64,000 bases of DNA from Nanobdellota archaeon (lineage in GTDB: Archaea > Nanobdellota > Nanobdellia > Woesearchaeales > DATDXC01), in contig JBDRFR010000069.1 in assembly GCA_043818675.1 (NCBI GenBank), positions 14,877-78,876 on the forward strand, read 5' to 3'. The notes under the pieces were generated by a model. It was not told the origin of the DNA. It ran no database searches and saw only the letters and a list, made by a program, of their open reading frames with translations. Below are positions 19,501-31,500 of this stretch, in pieces. How positions within the stretch are numbered: the first letter of the stretch is position 1; each line of letters begins with the position of its first letter. A program made the position numbers and the translations under genes.

Positions 19501-22500
19501 AATGGGACTGCATGGGAGAATAATTCCCCTGTAAGTTATGATGATAATACAGAAATCTCTGTTACAAAAACATTAAACATAAGAAACGAATCTGCTGCTA
19601 TCAGCTGGACATTCTACTTTAATGATACTGTTGGAAATAATAATCAAACAGATGTATGGAGCATTACAGTTGATAATATACTGCCAAGGATAGATTATTC
19701 AGGTGGAACTAACGCAGATGGCGAAAACATAGCTAAAAATTATATTTATGTCAATGTATCAGTTACAGAAGAAAATGTTGATAAGGTATGGTTTAACCTG
19801 TACAATGATGATTATTCTTTGAACAAAAGCATGATACATGGTGAGTTACCAAATTATAGACCTGAGACTTATATTAATATGACCGGCAATGTACTTTTAA
19901 TGCATTTTAATAATGACAGTTCTGTTAGAGAGAATTCAACACATGTTTATGATTGGTCAGGTATGGGGAATAACGGGACTGTTTATTTTAATTCATATCC
20001 AAACCTAACAAACCCTAAGCTTGGTTTAGGAGCATTTTCATTTGACGGAACTGATGACTTTATCAATATATCTGACGTTCCATCATTAAGGTTAACTTCG
20101 ACAGGTACAATATCTATGTGGATCAAACAAAGCGGTGCAGACCAAGATCCATACGCTACATATGTAGGAAAAACCAGGGGTGGTGTGACAGCTACAATTG
20201 CATATATTCTTTACCATAGAGATTCAGAAGGTACAATTAGGGGAACTATCTGTAATGATGCTAACTGTGACTTGATCCAAACACAGGAATTTGCTCAATC
20301 AGATGTTGATTGGCATCATCTGGCATTTACATGGGACAGCGTAAACTTATCTTTATATAAAGACGGCATTTTGTTTAATAAGACCCCTCAAACCCGAAGC
20401 GTAGATAATGATGCAGGAGATCATCTCAAGATTGGCGGATATGGTTTCAATGATGTGGGAAGTGATGATTTCAGCGGTTTAATGGATGAGGTTGCAATCT
20501 GGAACAGAAGCTTAAGCGCAGATGAAATAAGAGACATATACGAGATCCAGAAATCTGCATATTACCATAACTTTACAGTATCAGACGGAACATATCATTA
20601 CAATGTTACAGTCAATGATACTTCTGGTAATCAAAATGTTACAGCAACAAGAAGTGTTTCACTGGATCCAACTTATCCTAAAGTTTCATTTGTCTCTCCA
20701 ACTTATAGTGATGGTAAGTTTACTAAGAATACTTCTATTCCAATAAATGTAACAATAACAGAAGCTAATCTTGACAGGATAATATATGAATGGGATGGTG
20801 TTAATGAAACAGACTTCAAGCTGGATGCGCCAATAACTGAAGTAAACTTTACAGTCTCAAGCTTAGAAACTTTAACTGTAAGTAACGGTTCCCATAAGAT
20901 TGATCTGTTTAATGATAGTTCTCTTGTGTTGGCTATGAGTTTTGATAATTTGTCTGCTCTTGGAGAGAATGATACTCATGTGTTTGATTGGAGTGGGGGT
21001 GGGAATAATGGGGCTGTTTATGGAGGAACTGACGCTGATTCTGGTTTCACAACGAGCGGGAAATATTCAGGAGGACAGATGTTTGATGGGGAGTGGGATT
21101 ATGTTTTTGTTAATGATTCAGATGTATTCAGTGGAAATTTGGCGATATCTTTATGGATAAATGCAAAACAATGGAGTACAGATGGAACACTGGTAAGAAA
21201 ACTAGATGAGTGGCAATTAGATATTAATGATGGTACTGTGGTTAGATTTTGTGATACTGCGGCATGTAGCGATATTGCTACTTCTGAATTGAGTTTAGGT
21301 AAATGGTATCATGTTGTGGGAATTAGAAATAGTTCTGGAGTAGAGTTATTTGTAGATGGGATAAGTCAAGGATATGTTGCAGACCCAATTGCTTCAAGAA
21401 CAACTAGTCATGTTTATATTGGTGCAGAGGAAGGAGCGTTTGACTTTTTCAACGGCTCAATAGACGAAGTAAGAATCTACAATCGTTCTCTTTCTGCCTC
21501 AGAAGTTGCAATGCTTTACAAATCTAATCTAAGAAAATACGACGTAAACAAATATAATTTATTTTTCAACCAATCAGGAAATTTCAGTTTAACCTACAAC
21601 ATTAATCAAAACACAACAATCAACCTAAGAAAAAACAGCACCAGAAACTACTGGCTGGATATCAATAAGCAAAGTTTAGCTGATGATTCCTACGCTTACA
21701 GAGTATTTACAAAAGACGACATGCAAAACTGGAACAGCACAGAGCAAAGAACAGTAAATGTTGACCTGGAAAGCAGGATTGTATTAGGCGATGACTCAAA
21801 CAACAAAAAAGTTTATGCTAACTACACAAGATTCTATGCAAACTTTACAGATGTTGAAAACAATACAATAAACGGTTCAGGGTATTATTGTGAGTTTGCT
21901 TATAATAAAACAAACCTGGCATGGAACAGATATACAGTAACAAACATGAGCTATAATCCAATTACAACACAGTATGAAATCATAGCAGATGGTGGATATA
22001 TACAAAATGCAACAGAGAGTCACATTGATGGAATACCTGTAGGACTTTATTATTATAATATAACATGCAAAGACTCAAGCGGGGGCTACACAGCAATCTC
22101 AACTGTTGACCTTGTTAATGTTTCTGAATATGACACAAACATAGCAGTAACCCAATCAAACATCCATCCAGATACAAACGCAAATATCGAATTCTTTGCA
22201 AACTATACAAGGGATACTATGTGGGATGTGGATAACTGGTGGTGGGATACTAAAGAAATCGGAAGGATTGTGTGGAATAGTAGTGAATATGGTGCGCTTT
22301 CAGATACTGTGTATTTTGTTAAGGCTATGGACTTAGATAATGATGGAGAAATGGATGAAATTGTTATAGGGGGTATACCCACCATGGAAGCTTTTAGTTC
22401 AAATGGAAGCTGGATTTGGTCAAAAGCCGTTCATAATTATGATACACATTTTGAAGTATGGGATCTAGATAACGATGGCTATAAAAATGAAATCTTAACA

Positions 22501-25500
22501 GGAACAAATGGGGGCGATGTAAAAATTATTAATGAATCTAGTGCAAATGTTGCAGTATGGAATAGTTATAGTTATGGGAGTAATGGGGGGACTATGATAT
22601 TAGGAGATCTAGATAATGATGGATTTAAAGATGATTTTGTAGCTGTAATAGATACAGGCAGCGTTAGAAAAATTCTTGCTTGGAATACCTCAGATTATGT
22701 AACCTGGGTCAATTTTTGGAATTATAGCCTTCCTCATGACATTTATATAGATCAATTAATAGTATCTGACTTGGATGGTGATGGGGATGATGATATCGCA
22801 GGCTCGGTCACTGCAAATGATCCAAGATCGTATACGTTTGCCTTAGTAGGACACAATGGATCCGTACTTTGGAATACCACATCCAATTATGACCAACTTT
22901 GTTATTCATTGATTGCTTTAGATATGGATCATGATGGACTTAAAGATGATATAATTACCGGTTGCACAGGAGATATACATAATTTTAGTTTAAATGGAAC
23001 TTATGGAGCAACATATACTCCTTCGTTATTTAATAATTCACCAACTGGAAATATTTTAGAAATAGCAGCGATTGATTTGGACAATGATGGATATGAAGAT
23101 GAGATTATTGTAGGTGATACAGGAGTTTATAACACTGGTCCAGGATATGTAAGAGCTTTTAATAAAAATGGAATTGAAGAATGGAATTTTGAATTGCCTC
23201 CCACAGGTATTGCTGATGGGGACGATATTGCATCGCTGGTTGTGGGAGATGTGAATAGTGATGGGAAAAAAGAAATAGTGTTTGGTAATGAACAGCTTGA
23301 TACAATTTATGTTTTAAACAAATCAGGATCATTATTGTGGGAATATAAAATTGGATTAGGTAATATCGGATCATCAAGCGATGAATCACCAGGTATTGAT
23401 CTGACTGATATCAACAACGATGGTATTCTTGATATTGTAGCTAGTTCACTAACAGGTTATGCACACGTTCTTCAAGATACAACATGTACAATTCAATACG
23501 AATCAGAAGGCGGAGAGATAAATAAAACAGGAACTAATTGGGATGATGGACTTGTAATGTTAATGCACTTTAATAATGAATCAGCATACGGTGAAACAAC
23601 AGCCGGAATTAATAATGTAACATATGACTTTTCAGGTAATGGCAATAACGGAACAATATATGGTGCAACGTTTAATGCAACCGGTGGTAAATGGAACGGA
23701 AGCTTTGAGTTTGATGGGATTGATGATTATATTGAATTAACAGATATGAACATTAATGATGAATTCACAGTTTCAATGTGGTTCAAAGCTAAAAAGTTAC
23801 AAGACGGCGCTACTTTAATTGGTGATTTGGACAATATTGGAGGTAATGAGGGTTGGTCCATAAGATACTTAACTTCACTAGGTAATGAATTGCACTTCAG
23901 TTTTGATGGAACTACATGTGGATGGACCAATTACGACCTTACTGGGATTAATCCGGATAATGACAACACTTGGCATTTTATTTCTGTTGTCTTTACAAAC
24001 AATACTGTCTCTTGGTTTTATGATGGAACTACTGAAGTTGATAGTCACAGTCAGCAATGTGTAGTTGAAGATTCTAATGAGAATATCAAAATTGGCGTCG
24101 CTTCCAGAGATACTTTCCCAATAAGTGCAAGCGGACACTTCAACGGCACAATCGATGAAGTAGCAATCTGGAACAGATCATTATCAGCTGCAGAAGTTTG
24201 GGACTTATACATGTCATCAGCACCCAAATACAACATGACATGGGACTATACAAGAAAGAAATGGAACCAAACAAAACAGATAACGACATACGGCAACTGG
24301 ACTTATGGCATAACATGCGAGAAAGGTGGATATGTAACCCAAAGAAGCTCAGGTTATATTGACATGACTCAATATTTGACAATATGGGATGATTCTGATT
24401 CAAAAACAGTTTATGCTAATTACACTAAGTTTTATGCTAACTACACAAGATCGAATGGAACTGCATTGAACGGTAACTATTGGTGTGAATTTAACTTTAA
24501 TAAAACTGGAATTTGGACAAATCCAGTCAATATGAGCTTTAATCCAACAACAACACAGTATGAAATAATCGCTGACGGCGGATACATACAGAATTCAACA
24601 AAAACGCATATTGACGGGATGCCGGTTGGAAATTACAGTTATAATATAACATGTTATGGTGGGGATTATAAGTCTCTAACTGACACAGTTAATATTGCTG
24701 AGTATGACACAGTTTTATCAATACTTAATGATACAGATAAAACTGTTGGAGAAAAGATAAAATTCTATGCTAACTATTCAAGAGTTGACCCATACAAAGT
24801 AACTAACTGGAAATTAGGTAAAGAGATTGGGAGGATTGTTTGGACTGATAATTTAACAACTGACACAGAATTGATATCTATTACGTCTTATGATATGGAT
24901 AAAGATGGAAAAAGAGATGAACTTGCAGCTGCGGTAAGGGATCAAAATACCGGAGAATTAGCCTATTTTTATCCAAACGGTACATATAAATGGATCTATT
25001 CAGTTTCCTGGGATTTTACAGAGAGCATATTTGCAGGAGATTTAAACGATGATGGTTACTATAACGAGATATATTATCCAATGGTGGGTGAACCCGCAAT
25101 ATTTAATGAATCAGGAGACCAGGTGTGGACAGGCAGCATCACTTACCCGGCAATGCAGTTTGAGGGAGCCTTACTTCTGGATATTGACGGAGACGGACAA
25201 AAAGATGATCTGGTTGTGGTAAATGCTACTGGTGTGTTTGCATATAATACATCTGATGGGATTACCTGGCATAATTTATGGAACTATTCTCACCCAATCA
25301 GTCTTGGCTTAAACAATCTGTGGGATGCTGCTTCAGGAGATCTGGATAATGATGGTAGAGATGATATTCTGTTGGGAACATATCTCCCTCCCAATTTATA
25401 TGTGATCAATTCCACCGGTAGTCAAATGTGGAATTATTCCTACATACAATACGGACTGGCAGTTGAATTGATAGATCTTGACAGTGACGGCAAAAAAGAT

Positions 25501-28500
25501 GAAGTTATCCTGGGTAGTCTATATCAAATTATCCATGGTATAAATGGGTCTGGCGGACATCTGTGGAACATATCTGGCGGAAATCTCAGGCATTATGAAC
25601 TTAATGTTCTTGACCTGGATGATGACGGATTTGAAAATGATTTTGTTGTAGGTGATGCCAATGGAAATGTCACAGCATATAATGCTTCTCTGACAAACCA
25701 TGACATGATGTGGTCAATTGATCTAAACGGGGTAGGGGCTAATGATATCTATTCAGTTTCAAATGCAGATATAAATAATGATGGAATAAAAGAAATTCTA
25801 GTGGGTGGAGAAGATGCAATTTTATGGGTTTTAGATAAGTCAGACGGAAGTGTCCTGTGGGATTATACTGTCGGAACAGGAGACATTGGATCAGGGGCTG
25901 GAAAATCCAGAATAACAACCACAGATATAAACAATGATGGAATAAACGAGATTATTGTGGCATCACGAACAAACGCACAAATCCACACCTTCCAGGATGT
26001 AAACTGCATCATAGAAATCAGCGACGGAACATCAGCTGACATGAATTATAACTCAACCTCCAGAAAATGGGAATACAATAAAACATTCATTATTGCAGCT
26101 GACTACGAATATAATGTAACCTGCACAAAGGGAGGATATACTGAACAGGTACAAAGCTCTACTTTATCAGTTGCAAGCTTAAGGACATATCATCAGCCGT
26201 CAGCTGTTTATTCAAACTATACAAGGTTTGTCGCTAATTTCACTGAAGGCACTGGCAAATGCAGGATGAAATACAATAAGACAGGCATATGGAGCAGCTG
26301 GCATAACATGAGCTGGAATGGGACGATAAACGCGTTTGAGCTTGAAGCTGACAATGGGTATAGAAGAGGGCATATGCGCTCAATGCCGGCCGGAACTTAT
26401 GACTATTATATTGACTGCAATAACTCTTTAGGCCAGGCTGTAAATGCAACAGATTCGATAACTGTAAATGATTATGATACAAACCTATCAATATCAAACA
26501 CTAATAATAATCCAGTTATCGACCAACCTATCATTTTCTATGCTAACTATTCAAGAGTTGATCCATACAAAGTAGATAACTGGAAATTAGGAAATGAGAT
26601 TGGACAGGTTGTATGGAATACAAGTGATATTGGCACAAATGCAAATGCGATCGCAGCCATTGACCTGAACAATGATGGAAAGAAAAATGAGTTAATAATA
26701 GTAATGGACAGTGATATTACTGGCTTGTATGCAAATGGCAGTGAGAAGTTCAGCCAGACTTCTGGCATAGGTAATTCAATCTTAGATATAGCTGTTGGTG
26801 ATTTTGACAATGATGGTTATGAAAATGATTTTGCAATTGTAAGAGGCGCAAGCACCCTCGAGGTGTTTAATGAAACAGGCCAGGAAGTATGGGAAAGCGG
26901 CGATTACGGATCTACGCCTGCAATACCGGCTATAGGAGACTTTGATGGAGATGGCATCAAGAATGATTTCTTTATGATGGATGGCGGAAGTGTTTTTGTT
27001 TTTAACTCAACAGAAGGAAAGGTTTGGAGCGAGAGATGCAGCATTACGCATGGTGCCAACGTTTATGCTGGATATGATGCTATAACAACTAGAATTTATG
27101 ATTCATCTAAAGATGATATAGTTTTTGTTTCCAGTGAGAATAGTGCAACACCTGGCATTTGGGCGATTAATACATCATCTATTGGAACATGCAAACAATA
27201 TTATAATGGTTCAGGGAATTTATTTAGATCACTTGATGTTCTGGATATTGACCATGATGGAATTGAAAATGAATTTGTTGTAGGTGAAAATGGAGATGTA
27301 CTTGTATTTAATTTAAGCTTAGATATAATCCTTAGTGATTCTACACCTGATGATAATATTTGGGAGATCAGAAAAATTGACCTGGATAATGATGGATTTA
27401 AGGATGATTTTGTCGCTTCAGAAGATAATCCTCCAAGAATCAGGGCGTATGATAATAATTCTGATTTGAACTGGACATTTAATACTGGCGAATCTGCAGG
27501 AGTGTCTATCTTTTCGATGGAAATAGCTGATGTTAATAATGATGGAATAGAGGATATTTTATTTGGAACAAGCACTGGTATTGTTTATGCTGTTAATATT
27601 AGTGGAAACTTAATGTATAAATATGATATTCAATTAGGAACAATCGGAAATGACAACTCAAGAGCTTCATCAACAGACATCTCAGACATAAACAACGACG
27701 GAATAAATGATGTAGCAGTTGCATCCTTTGATGGCTACGCACACATCCTTCAGGATTCATCCTGCACTATAAAATTCACAGACGGATCATCATACAACAT
27801 GACCTGGAACATAAGTAAAGACAAATGGCAGGCAAACAAATCATTCAGATTAGCAGGGACATACAGCTACAATATTACATGTAATAAAGGCGGATACATA
27901 TCACAAAACCTAACTGCAAGCATTACAGCTGCAAAACAAGGTTCATTCTGCGATTGGGGAAGCTTAGCTACAACATGCCATATTAATACAAGCATAACTG
28001 TAAAGAATAACTACCAATTAAACGCATCCAACATAATAATCCATGAGCTTGGAAACCTATACAATAATTCAGGCATAAGCTTCATAATAAATCTAACCGG
28101 AAACCTAACAATAAAAAGCAGCGGAACAATCAATTTATCCGCAGCAAACTGCGCAAGCGGAACTTGCACAAACGGCGGAAACCTGACAATTATTGCATCC
28201 ACATTCAACCTAAGCAGGGGTTCATTTATTTATTCCAATGGCGGCTCTTTAACATCTGATGGAACCAAGGGTGGTAGTGGAGGAATAATAAATATCACAG
28301 CCAGATCATTCTATTTTGACGGAAATATAACATTAGATGGTGGAGATAATGCAGGAACATACAGTACTGGAGATGGAGGCATAGGTGGCACCATGGTTAT
28401 AGATGTTAATACCAACCTTAACATAGGTGGTAATCTGCTTGGAAAAGGCGGAACCGGAAGATCAAACATCTGCGCTGCAAATAGCGGCAGCAGGGGTAAT

Positions 28501-31500
28501 GGTGGTAAACTGATAATTAATGAAAACAATCTTAACCTGACAGTAAACGGAATTATTGACTTGCCTCCTGGAGAAAGAGGATATTGTGCAAATGGCACAT
28601 TTGGTGCAACTGACCTAAACATAAATACCTTAACTGTAAGCCAAAATGGGCAGCTTAAGATTGGAGGAACAATCAACTCATCAACTATAACCATAAGCGG
28701 TATTTTAGGACCAAAAGAAAGTTTGGGCGGAGACGGCAGGGTAAGCAGAAATAACGCTAGTGAACTGACAATCCTAAGCAATGTTTTAAATTTAACTTCA
28801 GGTGGAATAATTACAGGCAAAGGCCAAAGTGAAACAAACAACCTTGACTATTATTCAGGAACAGGTGCCACAATAAACATTTCAGTTGCAACCTTCTATT
28901 TTGATGGAAATATATCGATCGAAGGCGGAGAAGACTCAAGCGGAAATACTAACGGCGGAGGAGATGCAGGAATTTTGTATTTGGATGTGAATAGTAATTT
29001 GATTGTTAATGGAAACATTTTAGCAGATGGCGGAGTTGGAAGACCAAATGTCTGCGACAGTACAACTACAGGACATAGGGGGAGTGGTGGAACAGTCATC
29101 ATTAATGAGCCAAACCATAACATTAGTTTAGTAGGTCAGATTATTTCAAATAGGGGCACTACTGGACTTTGCGATGACGGCTCCGGCGGAACAATAAATA
29201 TCACAGCATCAGTATTAAACATAACAAACAACATTGAAGCAAAAGGAAACATCTCAGGAAATATTAACCTAAAAGCAGTCAGATTATACATTAACTCAAC
29301 ATTAAACGTAACCTCGGAAACAAATGACCAAAACGGAACAATAAGGATAACTTTCAAAGACAACTTCAACGCAACATATTCAAAGATTGAACCGGTTACA
29401 TACTTAGAAAGAAACACAACAGATGGAATGGTTTCTTTCTTACAATCATTTAACAGAAGATTAAACTCTACAATCCCGTATGAAAACGCAATAACTATAG
29501 CTTACAACAAAATAAACATTAACTCCACGAAATACAAAGACTTAAACAAGTCTGCCGATATAAAACTCTACAGCGCATTCGTCGGCGATATCAGGTTATT
29601 AAAAGACGGATTATTATGCACCTCCTGCAATCTAAAGGATTACTCGTTAGGCACTGCATACTTCAACGTAACATCGTTTACCAACTATTCGATAATCGGC
29701 AACACTACTTTAGTCTTATTTGATTCAGAGTATGATGTTCACCCGTTAAGCAATAACCCGATTATTTTCCAAAATGAAGTGGCCATATTCTACGCAAACT
29801 ATACAAGAAACAACGATAGTATTATTCTAACCGATGCAACTTGCGTTATTTACTTTAACGACACACAATCATGGACAGCTATGAGTTATAAGCCTGATAA
29901 ACAGTTGTTCTCGTATAACAGGACCTTTACAGCTGGCGGCAACTACACATGGAACACCAGCTGCGGCAGATCAGACTATTTAACCCAGTCAACAGAAGAT
30001 AACATATCAATCTCCGCTAACACCCCTCCTGTAATAAACTCTGTAAATATTACTATCAACAACAGTCTTTCAACTTTAGCCTATACTAACTCAACCTTAA
30101 ACTGCATGTTTAATATTACCGATATGGACGAAGGAGAACTTGTAAGAGCGAATATCACCTGGTTTCGGAATTTAGGTGATGGTTATATCCCCTGGACAAT
30201 GGACAACGAAGACGAGATTACCATAACACACAATATCTCGATGAACACAACATCAGGCGACATTGAGCCAGGCAAAACCAACCACAGCGACAGCTGGATC
30301 TGCCAGGTTACAGCATACGACTTATATAACGGCACCTCAATAACAAACTCCTCACCGTTGACAATCCAAAACTACAGCACTGTTTTAGTAATCTTTGACG
30401 AAGAAACAGACATTGAACAGCACAGGCGCTCAAACACAAGCACAATCTACAAGTTCCAGAACACCTCATTTTATGCTAATTACACCTTAAACCATCAGAT
30501 CATAAATCCTGCAATCTGCAGTATCTATTTCAACGATTCAGTAAGCATCAACATGACATACAAAGACACCCTATATTATTATAACAGAACTTTTACAAAA
30601 GGCGGCAATTTCACATTCAATATTACGTGTAAACGGTTCAATTACACAACAAAGACCAACTTTAGCTGGCTATGGATAACCTACAACTCATCACTAAGCA
30701 TCTTTGACCAGGAATCAGACGAAGAGACCAACCTATTAAGCAATAATGAGATCTACCAAAACGAAAACAGCTTTTTCTACGCAAATTATACAAGGGACGA
30801 TGATAACGCAACGATTACACAAGGCAATTGCACTATCTCTTTTGATGACAAAAAAGCCAACATGAGCTACAACACAAGTTTGCAGCTATTCACATACAAT
30901 AGGAGTTTTGCAGTCAGGGGCACTTATACTTGGTCAATAAATTGCACGACTAAAGGCTACGAGCAGGAGAACAAAACTTCCAGTATAACGGTTCTCTCTG
31001 CCGAGTTTGAGCATATTTATATTACACCCGAGATAGCATACAGCTCTGACAATCTGACTTGCATAAACACTACTGTAACGAATCAGGGCTCGGAAAATTA
31101 TACATTGGTCTATGAGTGGTTTAATGACGACGTTAGGATTGCAATTCTGGATTTAGCTTCCGATGGATCGGTAACACGTAACAACCAGGGCCAGGGAGCT
31201 GCATCTAATGCAATCGACAACAACCTGGCAACAGTTTGGCAGACAGACGAATTATCACTTGGCTGGATAAAGTTCACATTAGATAATACAAGAACCATCG
31301 GCAAATTAGACTATACGTTTAACGGTTCTGGCAATAGGGATAATTTCAACATATCATATTCAACTGACGATTCCACCTACATTACATTATACAGTTCACT
31401 GTCCGACCCAGGAAACGAGGTTACAATAACAAAAACCTTCGACCCTGTAAACATGAGGTATATCAGAATTGATTTCAGGAGCGGCTCGACCCAGGAATTT

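Larger units (their letters stand above)
9226..27960 (+). repeat. seven copies of a 1.8-4.2 kb coding supermodule
   Basis: The order repeats: a ~110-aa domain (IWDDS..K.YANYTKFYANY...CEF.FNKT...YEIIADGGY...H(I)DGMP.G.Y.YNI.C), a ~55-aa domain (YDT.L......FFANYTR...W.VDNW), a propeller, a ~65-aa domain (C.I.F.D....YNMTW....KW.....F......Y.(I/V)TC.KGGY.TQ), and optionally a LamG. Unit starts lie at approx 9226, 11041, 14984, 17542, 21778, 24376 and 26180. Confidence 0.8.

Noticed and set aside
28311-28841. 176-aa minus-strand ORF, and many other 60-125-aa minus-strand ORFs inside the giant gene (for example 10287-10613, 18225-18602, 27201-27575, 28896-29123).
   Set aside because: Their translations are low-complexity mirror images of the sense repeats (for example SSFFPSLSKS is antisense to DLDNDGKKDD). 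They have no SD or start context and no recognisable motifs, unlike the RelE/RHH cassette. I treat them as antisense shadow ORFs.
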